Of a DNA stretch of 64,000 nucleotides, positions 29,837-39,098 are shown one piece after another (the stretch's first letter is position 1; every line of letters begins with the position of its first letter). The position numbers were made by a program, and so were the translations under genes. Origin of the DNA: an uncultured delta proteobacterium (lineage in GTDB: Bacteria > Myxococcota_A > Polyangia > Palsa-1104); contig CAWAWS010000005.1 of the NCBI GenBank assembly GCA_963785725.1, positions 1-64,000 on the forward strand, given 5' to 3'. Below the pieces are notes generated by a model. That model searched no databases and was not told where the DNA came from. It saw only the letters and a list, made by a program, of their open reading frames with translations.

Positions 29837-30009
29837 CAGCAGCTTCCGAGCGAGCATCGATTCCGGCGTGGACGATGGCGCGCGGGTTTGACGATGGCGC
29901 TGCTGAGGGCGCGCGGCCGATGCCCCATCCGCAATACGAGTGGTTGGCTCGCGCTGGTTCTTGGTATCGTGCGCCGCTGACGCCACAGACGTCGCTCCTG
30001 CAAAACCCA

Positions 30010-30936
30010 ATGAAAACATTCCTGCAGAAAATTACCGACCGAGCCGAAGGTATTTGCCTTTACGGGATTGCCCCTCCGAAGCTGGCGACCGATCCCGCGG
30101 CGCTCCAGACCATCGCGCAGCAGCACTCGGCTCGATTTCAATCGATGCGCCCTGACGGTCTCATTGTTTACGATATTCAAGACGAATCGGAGCGCACCCA
30201 CGAGCCGCGACCCTTTCCATTCCTGCCTACGCATGCGCCCGAGGTCTATGCCGACTTCCACCTGGGTGCCGTCGATGTACCGAAGATTGTCTATCGCGCC
30301 ATCACACGCGGCTCGCGCGAGTCGCTGGTCGAGTGGCTCGACGGGATCCACGCACGCGGCCAGCCGCAGCTGTCAGTGCTCGTCGGTGCAGCGAGTAGCC
30401 GGTCGGTGGGAAATGGGCTCAAGCTTGCCGAGGCCTACGACCTTGCGCGTGTACGCGCGCCCGAGCTCGTGCTGGGAGGCATCGCCATCGCCGAGCGGCA
30501 CAGCCGCACCCTCGACGAGCACGAGCGCATCTTCGCCAAGGTCAATTACGGCTGCCGATTCATCGTGACGCAAGCGGTCTATGACGTAACGGCGACGAAA
30601 TCGCTGCTGTCAGACTATGCCCTCGCCCTCGCCGCGCGCGGCGCCGCGCCGGTGCCGGTGGTGATCACCCTCTCGCCATGCGGATCCGAAAAGACCATCG
30701 CGTTCATGAAGTGGCTGGGAATTGGCTTTCCACGCTGGCTGGAAAACGAGCTGCGCCATTCTTCGGATATCCTCGCCAAGTCGGTCAAGCTTTGCGAGGC
30801 GATCTTTTCGGAGCTTCTCGAGTTCGCGCGCGAAAAACGGATACCGCTCGGAATCAACGTCGAGAGCGTGTCGATTCGGAAGTCCGAGATCGATGCCTCG
30901 GTCGCCCTCTTTCAGACGCTTCGATCCCGCTGGTGA
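30010..30936 (+). CDS. Methylenetetrahydrofolate reductase-like FAD-linked oxidoreductase
   Basis: LYGIAPPK, YDIQDE, RPFPFLPT, FIVTQAVY, FMKWLG, NVESVS. Confidence 0.8.
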   Translation: MKTFLQKITDRAEGICLYGIAPPKLATDPAALQTIAQQHSARFQSMRPDGLIVYDIQDESERTHEPRPFPFLPTHAPEVYADFHLGAVDVPKIVYRAITRGSRESLVEWLDGIHARGQPQLSVLVGAASSRSVGNGLKLAEAYDLARVRAPELVLGGIAIAERHSRTLDEHERIFAKVNYGCRFIVTQAVYDVTATKSLLSDYALALAARGAAPVPVVITLSPCGSEKTIAFMKWLGIGFPRWLENELRHSSDILAKSVKLCEAIFSELLEFAREKRIPLGINVESVSIRKSEIDASVALFQTLRSRW

Positions 30937-30997
30937 GCATCGTTTCGCCGAGGGCGCACGGGTCCGCGGTCAGCAGCTCGACGGCTCGCACGGTCGA

Positions 30998-31702
30998 TTA
31001 CACCAGCGGCTTGTCGCTGCGCAGCCGCTCCAGCTCGTCGAGCAGCCGCCCCGGCGCCACGGGCTTCTCGAAGCGCACCTGCACGAAGACCGGCAGCTCG
31101 ATATTGGCAAAGCCGGTCATGGCCAAGAGCGGCACTCTCGGAAAGCGTTCGGCCAGCCGCCGCAACGCCTCGCCATCGGGAGCACCCGGCAAGCGCACGT
31201 CGACGAGCGCCGCCAAGAGCGGTAGGTCCGCCAGCGCGTCCAGCTCGCTCAGGCTGCTCACAGCGACCGGGGCAAAGCCATGTTGGCGCAGGATTTCGCA
31301 CCAGTTGTCGACGAGGGCGGCGTCGTCGTCGATCACGGCCACCACTGCGTTGCGTCGCGCCCGCGCCAAGAGCTGCAAGAGTCGCGGGATGGGCACCGGT
31401 TTCGGCAAGACGTCGAGCAGGCCGGCGTGCTGCGCGTGCTCGTCCTGCCCGGCGCTGTATGCGGTCACCAAAATGACCGGCAGGCCGGCGTCGATTTCAC
31501 GGATGCGTCGCACGACCTCGAGGCCGTTCATCTCCGGCATGCGCATGTCCGACACCAGCACGTCGAAGCGCTGCTGCCGCACCAGCTCGAGCGCGCGGGC
31601 GCCGGAGTCGGCCACCACCGCCTCGTCGCCCATGTCGCCGACAATCTCGGCCAGGTTCTCGGCGAAGGAGACGTTGTCGTCGACGATCAGAAAGCGGCTC
31701 AT
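30998..31702 (-). CDS. Response regulator with two receiver domains
   Basis: IVDDN..VSDMRMP..KP and VIDDD..VDVRLP..KP; start overlaps the kinase stop. Confidence 0.92.
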   Translation of the reverse strand: MSRFLIVDDNVSFAENLAEIVGDMGDEAVVADSGARALELVRQQRFDVLVSDMRMPEMNGLEVVRRIREIDAGLPVILVTAYSAGQDEHAQHAGLLDVLPKPVPIPRLLQLLARARRNAVVAVIDDDAALVDNWCEILRQHGFAPVAVSSLSELDALADLPLLAALVDVRLPGAPDGEALRRLAERFPRVPLLAMTGFANIELPVFVQVRFEKPVAPGRLLDELERLRSDKPLV

Positions 31703-32859
31703 GCGTGGCCCTCCGTCTCCGTTCCCTGAGGCAGGCGCACGACGAAGCGCGCGCCACCGCCGGATCTCGGTTCATAGGCCACCGTCCCGTCGTGACGCTC
31801 GACGAGGCGCTTGACCAGGGCCAGCCCGAGGCCGATTCCGGTGGTCTTGGTCGTAATCAGGGGCTCGAACAGCCGCCGCCGCGTATCGGCGTCGACGCCG
31901 GGGCCACTGTCCTCGACCGCGAGCTCCACCATGGCGCCGTCGACCCGGCCGACGACGCGCACCTCGCCCACCGGCGCCGCAGCTTGTACGGCGTTGTCGA
32001 CGAGATTGCGCAGCACCTGGCGCAGGTGGGCCGCGTCGCCGCGCAAAGGTGGCATCGCCTCCAAACCGACGACCTCGATGCGGACCCCCGGCGGCACGAT
32101 CAGCGACGAGCAAACGCTCTCGATCAGGGGTGCCAGGGCGACCGCCTCGCGCAGCAGCGGCCGCTCGCGAATCATGTCGAGCAGCGAGCTGACGATGTCG
32201 TTGGCGATGCCGAGCTGCTCGCCTACGCGGGTCACGTGCTTGTGCACGCGCGGGTCGCTGCCGGCGTTCTTGTCGATGATGAACATCGAGGACTCGATGA
32301 CGCCGAGCGGGTTGCGCAGCTCGTGGCCGATCGAGCCGATGAGCTGCCCGAAGGTGGCCAGCCGCTCCTTGCGCGCCTGCTGCGCTTCCATGTCCTCGCG
32401 GTAGGTATGCAGCATGATGGCGAGCTCGAGATCGAGCATCTTGCCGATGGCTCGCTGCGTGAGCAGCAGCGTCTCGGGAGCGCTGCGATAGGCGTGCTCG
32501 ACGACCCCTTTGAGCTCGTCGCGGAGCACGTTCATGGCGCCGAACATGTAGTGCTGCGGCAAGCCAATCCGTACGTGCACACGGCCGATGAGGCAGCGCA
32601 GCTGGTAATAATCCTCGTCCCACGGCCCGGCCAGCAGCCAATCCATCCACTGCACGAGCTTGACCTTGAGGTGGCCGACGGTCGACTCGCCGCTCTCGAG
32701 CACGCCGCGCGCCTCATCGTGTTCCTGGATGCGCGCGTAGAAGACATCGGCGATGCGCTGGAAGTGCGGCGCGGCGATCGGCCGCAGCGCGTGGAGCGCC
32801 TGCTCGTGCGGCGCGCTCCACCCGACATAGCGTTTGAGCTCGGCGAACAGCGTCTCCAT
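31699..32859 (-). CDS. Globin-coupled (protoglobin) sensor histidine kinase, AfGcHK-like
   Basis: [33 protein letters not shown] globin domain with distal Tyr and proximal His, H-box [10 protein letters not shown]1, F and G2 boxes. Confidence 0.93.
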   Translation of the reverse strand: METLFAELKRYVGWSAPHEQALHALRPIAAPHFQRIADVFYARIQEHDEARGVLESGESTVGHLKVKLVQWMDWLLAGPWDEDYYQLRCLIGRVHVRIGLPQHYMFGAMNVLRDELKGVVEHAYRSAPETLLLTQRAIGKMLDLELAIMLHTYREDMEAQQARKERLATFGQLIGSIGHELRNPLGVIESSMFIIDKNAGSDPRVHKHVTRVGEQLGIANDIVSSLLDMIRERPLLREAVALAPLIESVCSSLIVPPGVRIEVVGLEAMPPLRGDAAHLRQVLRNLVDNAVQAAAPVGEVRVVGRVDGAMVELAVEDSGPGVDADTRRRLFEPLITTKTTGIGLGLALVKRLVERHDGTVAYEPRSGGGARFVVRLPQGTETEGHA

Positions 32860-33019
32860 TGCGGACTGATGGTGCCTCGTTTCCGGGCCGAGCGATATCG
32901 ACAAGCGCCGGCTACCCGCGGAATCTGCAGACTAGGCGCACGTTGGGCCGCCTTCGGCGCCGACCGCGACGAGCGGCGCACGATGCCGCCGTCGCCGCAA
33001 TCGGAGCGCCGAGGCTCGA

Positions 33020-33445
33020 CTAAGGATGTTGCCGCTGCGCAGCGCGCAGACGTGGTGAGCGCGGCGAGCGACCGAGCGCGATCGGGTCGACGATGCGGGC
33101 TTCCTGCCTGATGAAGCGACGGAACAGCATCTCGACTCGGCCGAGCGTGCGGGAAAAGACGCGATGGTCATCGTAAGCGACCTCGACCTCGCTCACCGCC
33201 GTCCGCAAGCTGCGGCTGGTCGCGCACAGACCGGCCCACAACCGCTGTCGCAGCGGTCGGGGAAACAGCGCGTGGGCCTGAAGGCGCAGATGCCGGTCGA
33301 GCCGCTCGGCGAACTGCGCGAACGACGCTGCTGCAGCCGAGGGCAGCCGCTCTGCCAACAGCGTGCGCGTCTCGGCCAACAGCGCTTCGAGCTGCGGACG
33401 ATCGTCGAGAAGGAAGAGCGCGACCGCGTGCTCGCTGCCGCTCAC
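33020..33445 (-). CDS. Degenerate hemerythrin-like helical bundle protein
   Basis: FAERLDRHLRLQAHALFP and FRRFIRQEARIVDP echo the HxxxEE..LFP repeats, but most ligands are substituted. Confidence 0.45.
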   Translation of the reverse strand: MSGSEHAVALFLLDDRPQLEALLAETRTLLAERLPSAAAASFAQFAERLDRHLRLQAHALFPRPLRQRLWAGLCATSRSLRTAVSEVEVAYDDHRVFSRTLGRVEMLFRRFIRQEARIVDPIALGRSPRSPRLRAAQRQHP

Positions 33446-33558
33446 GACGACCACCCCATCGTCGGACACGAATGCGCGACTGCGCACCACAGGGCATCTT
33501 CGAACGAGCGAATGGACAGGGTCGGCGTCATCGGCATCGGTTCTCCGCTGCCGCTTTT

Positions 33559-33574
33559 TGCGCATATCGTGCCA
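33559..33574 (-). promoter_or_regulatory. sigma-54 promoter
   Basis: TGGCACGATATGCGCA (GG-N10-GC). Confidence 0.65.
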
Positions 33575-33635
33575 AGCTGCCCGCGCGCGCACGCTGGAGT
33601 CGCGTAGCTCGCCACCGGCGCGCTGTCGGAGATCG

Positions 33636-33678
33636 CGCAAGCCGCGCCGTCTTGGGCCACGCACGCGCAAGGCTTGCG
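33636..33678. promoter_or_regulatory. Paired palindromic activator sites
   Basis: CGCAAGCCGCGCC at 33636 (degenerate) and CGCAAGGCTTGCG at 33666; 30 bp apart. Confidence 0.6.
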
Positions 33679-33817
33679 CGCTTTGGTGATTTGCGGCCGA
33701 GCCGACCGCGAACGCGCGATTCATGCTGCTCTTGGCGGCGCCACTGCACAGACTGGGCGAGCCGCGCGAGACGACGACCGACCCGCGCTCGAGCGCGAGC
33801 GACGGCCGCTCGCTTCC

Positions 33818-34270
33818 CTACTTCGCGCCGGGCTGCGGACGCACGGTGACGACCGGAACGCTGCTCCGCCGCACCACTTGTTCCGCGACGCTGCCGAGCA
33901 CCAGGTGCTTGAAGCCACCGCGACCGTGCGTCCCCAAGACCACGAGGTCGAAGCGGCCCGAGTTGGCGAGCGATGTCACGACGTCCGCGGCCAAACCAAC
34001 TTGCACCTCGCCGGTGCACGGCGCCAGCTCGCGCGAGCGCTCGATCGCCTCGTCGATCCGCTTCTGTCCGCCGCTGACTTCGGCGGCGATGGCTTCGTTC
34101 ATCACGACGATGGCCTCGGGTGAAACGAACGTCGGCGGCTGCGCGACGTACAAGAGATGCAGCGCTGCCCCGAAGCGGCGCGCCAGCAGGACGGCGTATT
34201 CCATGGCCGGCTGCGAGCAGGCGGAGAAGTCGGTGGCGACCAGGATCCGTTTCGGTTCCGTGGGTTTCAT
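33818..34270 (-). CDS. Universal stress protein
   Basis: ILVATDFS..DLVVLGTHGRGG..LGSVAEQVVR. Confidence 0.93.
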   Translation of the reverse strand: MKPTEPKRILVATDFSACSQPAMEYAVLLARRFGAALHLLYVAQPPTFVSPEAIVVMNEAIAAEVSGGQKRIDEAIERSRELAPCTGEVQVGLAADVVTSLANSGRFDLVVLGTHGRGGFKHLVLGSVAEQVVRRSSVPVVTVRPQPGAK

Positions 34271-34283
34271 GAGACTGCGACGA

Positions 34284-34299
34284 AGCAAGCGACGTTCCA
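34284..34299 (-). promoter_or_regulatory. sigma-54 promoter
   Basis: TGGAACGTCGCTTGCT; 14 nt from GC to ATG. Confidence 0.7.
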
Positions 34300-34530
34300 G
34301 ACGTCGCGCGCGACGCACTCGGGGACAGCCGGCGACGACGCGGCGCCGCGCCGAACAAGACGAAGCCGGGATGGCAGGCCGGGTAGCCCAGAAAAAAAAA
34401 TGGACACGCTCGTCGAGAACGCAGACGCCGCTCGTCGATCACCAAAGGCTGAGATAGCCGGACAACGAAGTGCCGGCGCCCGCGAGCGGAGTCGCCACGC
34501 GCAGCTCCGTTTGGCTGCGCATGTCACGAC

Positions 34531-34986
34531 TCAGCCGTCGCCGCGGTCGTCGTCCGGCCCTTCGAGGTTGGCCTGGTGTCGGGCGACCTCGATGAGCGTC
34601 GCGGCCGCGCGCTCCGGCTTGTGCGCCGCGATGTCGGCCAGGCTGACGACACCGAGCGGCCGTCCCTCGCCGTCGGCGACGAGGATGCGCGACTTTTCGT
34701 GCAGGATCATCAAATCCTGCGCCCGCTGCACGTCGTCGGTGGCGCGGCACGATACGGGCTCCGGCGACATGACGTCCGAGACCCGTGTCTTCTTGGCCTT
34801 CAAGTTCTCGGCGCAGATGCGCAGCGCGAGGTCGCGATCGGTGACGACGCCGACGGCCTTGCCGGCTTTGTCGCAGACCGGCAGGAATCCGATGTTCCGG
34901 TCACGCATGCGACGCGCAGCCTCTTGGACCGTATCGTGACGACGAACGGTCTGAATCGACGTGCTCATGATCTCTTGGCACAGCAT
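34531..34986 (-). CDS. CBS-pair protein
   Basis: IGFLPV..GVVTDRDL..GVVSLAD. Confidence 0.92.
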   Translation of the reverse strand: MLCQEIMSTSIQTVRRHDTVQEAARRMRDRNIGFLPVCDKAGKAVGVVTDRDLALRICAENLKAKKTRVSDVMSPEPVSCRATDDVQRAQDLMILHEKSRILVADGEGRPLGVVSLADIAAHKPERAAATLIEVARHQANLEGPDDDRGDG

Positions 34987-35010
34987 GCGGACCTCCTGCG
35001 CGTGGCGGAG

Positions 35011-35026
35011 AGCAACCGATGTGCCA
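35011..35026 (-). promoter_or_regulatory. sigma-54 promoter
   Basis: TGGCACATCGGTTGCT, near consensus. Confidence 0.8.
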
Positions 35027-35101
35027 TCGCGCCCAGCCGTTCGGCGGCGAATGGCGCGACGACATCGCGGCGCGCGCCCGGCGCTTGCATCGCGCGTACG
35101 C

Positions 35102-35812
35102 ATGGCGAGCGACGTCGAGTTTCACACGCGCATCGATCCGCACCGCAGCAGCTCGCGGCTGAGCGACATCATCCTCGGCGGACAGGATGGCCTCATCAAC
35201 GTGCTCGGCGTGATCCTCGGCGTCGCCAGCGCCACCGCGGACGTGCGCATCGTGCTCGCCGCCGGTGTCGCCGCCGCACTGGCGGAGTCGGTGTCGATGG
35301 CGGCCGTCGCCTATACCGCCCGCCGCGCCGATCAGGCGCTCTACGAGAGTGAGCTGGCGCGCGAGAAACGACATATCGATCGCGTGCCGACCTTGGAGAC
35401 GGAAGAGATCCGCAGCCTCTACCGCGACAAAGGCTTCACGGGCGCGCTCCTCGATCAAGTGGTCGCGACGATCACGGCGAACAAAGAGGTCTGGCTGGCG
35501 GTGATGATGGCCGAGGAGCTGCGCCTGCAACCGAGCGATCGCCGGAGCGCGCTGCGTGCGGCGCTGGTCGTCGGCGGGTCGGCGCTGCTGGGCTCGGCGC
35601 TGCCGCTGCCGCCCTTCCTCATCCTCGGCATCCACCACGCGATGTGGCTGGCGGTCATCATCTCGGGCGTCGTGCTGTTCGCGGTCGGCGCCTACAAGAA
35701 CGCGCGCACCGTCGGCAGCTGGCTCGGCGGTGGGCTCGAGATGGCGGCCATCGGTCTCGCCGCCGCCGCCATCGGCTGGCTCGTGGGTCTCGCGTTTCGC
35801 ACGCCCGTGTGA
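35102..35812 (+). CDS. VIT1/CCC1 family Fe/Mn transporter
   Basis: LSDIILGGQDGL, AESVSMA, MMAEEL. Confidence 0.9.
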   Translation: MASDVEFHTRIDPHRSSSRLSDIILGGQDGLINVLGVILGVASATADVRIVLAAGVAAALAESVSMAAVAYTARRADQALYESELAREKRHIDRVPTLETEEIRSLYRDKGFTGALLDQVVATITANKEVWLAVMMAEELRLQPSDRRSALRAALVVGGSALLGSALPLPPFLILGIHHAMWLAVIISGVVLFAVGAYKNARTVGSWLGGGLEMAAIGLAAAAIGWLVGLAFRTPV

Positions 35813-35836
35813 CGCGTGAATGGCACGGCGCGAACG

Positions 35837-35926
35837 CGCAAACCCTGCGCCGACAGCGAGCGCGAACGCAGAGCATGCGCGCCACAGAGCGCAGCTTCGC
35901 GAGCCGCAGCTGGCATCGCTTTCGCT
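35837..35926 (+). promoter_or_regulatory. Paired activator sites + sigma-54 promoter
   Basis: CGCAAACCCTGCG (35837), CGCAGAGCATGCG (35867), TGGCATCGCTTTCGCT (35911). Confidence 0.7.
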
Positions 35927-35939
35927 AACAAGCCGCTCC

Positions 35940-37115
35940 ATGCACACGATCACGGTCTTCGTCATCCTTGCTGCGTTGGTGGCGCTCGCTTGGCAGTACC
36001 GGCGGTTGCTGCCGGCGGCACAAAGGCGCAGCGAGCCGCCGCCGCCACCGGCGCGATATCCTTCGTTGACGATGGTGCGACCCATCCGCGGCCTCGACTT
36101 CGGCGCGAGTGAGAACGTCACGGCGCTGCTCGCCTCCACGTATCCCGGGACACTGGAGCTTCTCTTCGTCCTCGATGACGAGAGCGACCCGGCGCTGCCG
36201 CTGGTGCGCGCGCTCGTCGCCGCGCATGTCGCCAAGCAGCCGCGGGCGCAGGTCAAGGTGCTGCTCGCGGGCGCGCCGCCGGCGGGACGCACCGGCAAGC
36301 TGCACGCGATGTCGGTCGGCGTCCGCCAGGCCACCGGCGAGCTCATCGGCTTCACCGACTCCGACACGCGGCTCGCGCCGGATCAGCTGCAGGCGATGGT
36401 CGCTGAGCTGCTCGCTTCGCCGCTCGCCGGCGACGTCTTTGCGCCAGCCGTCGCGGTGTCGCCGCCACGCACCATCGGCGATGCCGGCTATGCGCTCATG
36501 CTCAACAGCTGGTACGGCGCGGTCGCCGCCGCCAGCGCCGGCGAGACGCACGAGCTGCCCTTCATCATGGGTCAGCTCATGATCTTCCGTCGCGAGGCGC
36601 TCGTCGCCATCGGCGGCGTCGAGAGCGCCGACGGCCAGCTCGTCGACGACATGTACCTCGGCCGTCGCGTCGTCGCATTCGGTTACCGCAACCTCATGAG
36701 CCGTCAGCCGCTGCGCGTGGTCTCGGAGCAGCTCAGCCTGTCGGGCTTCGTCGTGCTCATGCGCCGCTGGCTCCTCTTTTCGCGCAGCGGTCTGCCCACG
36801 CGCTTCAAGCGTCCCGCCTGGATGCACGGCTTGGCGCTCGGTGTGACGCTGGCCGCGCTGTGTGGCGCGCTCATCGCCGGCTGGACGGCCGTCGCGATCT
36901 TCGCGGCGCTCACGCTGGCCATGGGCTGCATCGGCGACGTCTTCCTGCACCGGGAGCTGGGCGGCGCGCCCATGCCGCTCAAGTGGTGGTGGGTGACCTT
37001 GATCGTGCCGGTGCTCGGCCCGTTTGCGCTCGCTTCGCTGCTCTTCGACCGCCACGTCGACTGGCGTGGTCGCGACTACGCGCTCGACACCGGCGCGCAC
37101 CTCGGCCACTCGTAG
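35940..37115 (+). CDS. GT2 glycosyltransferase, ceramide glucosyltransferase/HpnI-like
   Basis: VRPIRGLD, GKLHAM, FTDSD, LVDDMYLG, RRW, WRGRDY. Confidence 0.88.
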   Translation: MHTITVFVILAALVALAWQYRRLLPAAQRRSEPPPPPARYPSLTMVRPIRGLDFGASENVTALLASTYPGTLELLFVLDDESDPALPLVRALVAAHVAKQPRAQVKVLLAGAPPAGRTGKLHAMSVGVRQATGELIGFTDSDTRLAPDQLQAMVAELLASPLAGDVFAPAVAVSPPRTIGDAGYALMLNSWYGAVAAASAGETHELPFIMGQLMIFRREALVAIGGVESADGQLVDDMYLGRRVVAFGYRNLMSRQPLRVVSEQLSLSGFVVLMRRWLLFSRSGLPTRFKRPAWMHGLALGVTLAALCGALIAGWTAVAIFAALTLAMGCIGDVFLHRELGGAPMPLKWWWVTLIVPVLGPFALASLLFDRHVDWRGRDYALDTGAHLGHS

Positions 37116-37321
37116 CCGTAGGCGGTCGCGAAGTGGAGAACGATCGAGCGCTCCGCGCCGTCGCCGCCGCGCAGACGAACACGCCGCGGCGCACCATAGC
37201 CGGCCGCCTTTTACGTCTCGCCGGGAATGTTCGCGTCGGCGCCGAGCAGCTCGACGGCGTCCGCCGGCGGAATCGTCTGTTGCGACCGCGTCGAGGCTCA
37301 TCTCGAACCTCCTGCAGGCGA

Positions 37322-38389
37322 TCAGGGCTTGAGCGCGATCTTGAGGACGCCCTCGCGACGCTCGCCGAACAGCCGATAGGCGTCCACGACCTGGTCGAGC
37401 GCCATCGTGTGCGTCACGAGCGGCTGCAGGTCGAGCCGGCCATGCTCGACGAGCGCGAGCAGCCGGCGCATCCGCTCTTTGCCGCCCGGACAGAGCGAGG
37501 TGACGATGCGTTGGCCGCCGATTCCCGCACTGAACGCGTCGTTCGGCAGCTGCAGCTTGGTCGCGTAAACGCCGAGGCTCGACAATGTGCCGGCGGGACG
37601 CAAGCAGCGCAGCCCCTGCTCGAACGTCGCTTGGCTGCCGAGCGCTTCGATGGCGACGTCGGCGCCGCCTCCGGTCAGCCGCTTGACCTCGGCGACCACG
37701 TCCTGCGACTGCGGATTGAGGGTCACGTTGGCGCCCATGCGCCTCGACAGCTCACGCCGATAGCTCTCGGGATCGACGCCGATGATGAGCGCCGCGCCCA
37801 TGAGACGCGCGCCGACGACGGCGCACAGACCGATCGGCCCCTGCCCGAGCACGACGACCGCGTCGCCGAGCCGCACGCCGCCGGACTCCGCGCCGGCAAA
37901 ACCCGTCGACGCCACGTCCGCCAACATCAGCGCCTGCGTGTCGCTCACCGAGTCGGGAATCAGCGCCAAATTGGCCTGCGCATTGGGCACGCGCAGGTAC
38001 TCCGCTTGCGCGCCGTCGATGGTATGGCCGAAGCGCCAGCCGCCGGTCAGCTGATAGCCGGCGCCGTCGCCGCACTGCGCGCCGTTGCTCGAGAGGCAGG
38101 CCGCGCACTGGCCGCAGGGCGTGATGGCGCCGACGAGCACGCGCTGGCCCACCGAGTAGCCGCGCACGCCGGCGCCGATCTCGGCGATCACGCCGACGGC
38201 TTCGTGGCCCACCGTGAGGCCGGGCTCGATCGGGTATTCGCCACGCAAGATGTGCAGATCGGTCCCGCAGATCGTCGTCAGCGTCACCCGCATGACCACG
38301 TCGCCGGCTTGCGCGATCGGGATCGGCTTCTCGTCCAGGGCGATCTGCCCAACGCCGACGAATGCTGCGACCTTCATCGTCTTCTTCAT
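37322..38389 (-). CDS. Zinc-dependent alcohol dehydrogenase
   Basis: ICGTDLH, GHEAVG, CGQCAAC..C structural zinc site, GQGPIG. Confidence 0.93.
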   Translation of the reverse strand: MKKTMKVAAFVGVGQIALDEKPIPIAQAGDVVMRVTLTTICGTDLHILRGEYPIEPGLTVGHEAVGVIAEIGAGVRGYSVGQRVLVGAITPCGQCAACLSSNGAQCGDGAGYQLTGGWRFGHTIDGAQAEYLRVPNAQANLALIPDSVSDTQALMLADVASTGFAGAESGGVRLGDAVVVLGQGPIGLCAVVGARLMGAALIIGVDPESYRRELSRRMGANVTLNPQSQDVVAEVKRLTGGGADVAIEALGSQATFEQGLRCLRPAGTLSSLGVYATKLQLPNDAFSAGIGGQRIVTSLCPGGKERMRRLLALVEHGRLDLQPLVTHTMALDQVVDAYRLFGERREGVLKIALKP

Positions 38390-38445
38390 GGTCGTCCTCG
38401 CTCCGGCTTCGACGCCGTGACGTCATTCGTCTCGGCCCTCCACAA

Positions 38446-38620
38446 TGCGAGGTGAGTGCCAACCCGCGCGACGACCGCGACGACGACGGCGATTGCGCTG
38501 ACGCTGTGCCGGCCGAGAGCCCGCAACGCTTGCGGCGCATGAACGCCGGCGCGCAAATCCTGCGAGCTTCGCCGCGGAACGAGCGTGAGCGCCCGGGCAG
38601 CCGTTGGCCCTCGTCTTGCG
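38446..38620. promoter_or_regulatory. Divergent sigma-54 promoters sharing a central activator pair
   Basis: Minus TGGCACTCACCTCGCA (38446-38461); CGCAACGCTTGCG (38522) and CGCAAATCCTGCG (38552); plus TGGCCCTCGTCTTGCG (38605-38620). Confidence 0.75.
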
Positions 38621-38633
38621 ATTGGTGCGCTGC

Positions 38634-39098
38634 ATGATGATGCGCAGGCTGTTGGTTCCCGTCGATTTCTCCGAGCGCTCGCGCGCGCAGCTCGACTACG
38701 CCTTCGCGCTGGCCGAGCTCACGAAGCTCGACGTCGACGTGCTGCACGTCATTGCCGGGCCGAGCCCGACGCGCGCGGCGGTCGACGCCTACGTCGGCCG
38801 CCCGATGCCGCACGTCTCGCGGCTCGACGAATCGACGGCCTATCAAGAGCTGGGCGACCTCGTGGACATCTGTCTCCGGCGCGGTATCGTGCCGCGCTTG
38901 CTGGTCGAGGCCGGCGACGTGGCCTCCGCCATCGTCCGCGTCGCCGCCGAGGCGCCGGCCGACCTCATCGTGCTGGCGACGCGCGGCCATCGTGGTGTCG
39001 CCGAGCTGCTCCTCGGCAGTGTCGCCCACGCGGTGATCACGACCGCCGGGTGCCCCGTCGTCACGCTCGGCGAAGCGGCGACGCGCGGCACGCGCTGA
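38634..39098 (+). CDS. Universal stress protein
   Basis: LLVPVDFS..DLIVLATRG..LGSVA..CPVVT. Confidence 0.92.
   Translation: MMMRRLLVPVDFSERSRAQLDYAFALAELTKLDVDVLHVIAGPSPTRAAVDAYVGRPMPHVSRLDESTAYQELGDLVDICLRRGIVPRLLVEAGDVASAIVRVAAEAPADLIVLATRGHRGVAELLLGSVAHAVITTAGCPVVTLGEAATRGTR

Noticed and set aside
29840..30009. SAM/SAH riboswitch upstream of the MTHFR-like gene
   Set aside because: No recognisable conserved riboswitch core by eye; an Rfam scan would be needed
34392..34400. A9 homopolymer as phase-variation tract
   Set aside because: Intergenic and not within an identified promoter spacer; homopolymers are unreliable in this assembly
35074..35089. sigma-54 promoter for the VIT1 gene
   Set aside because: TTGC lies 13 nt before the ATG like the others, but the -24 position reads CG rather than GG; not counted
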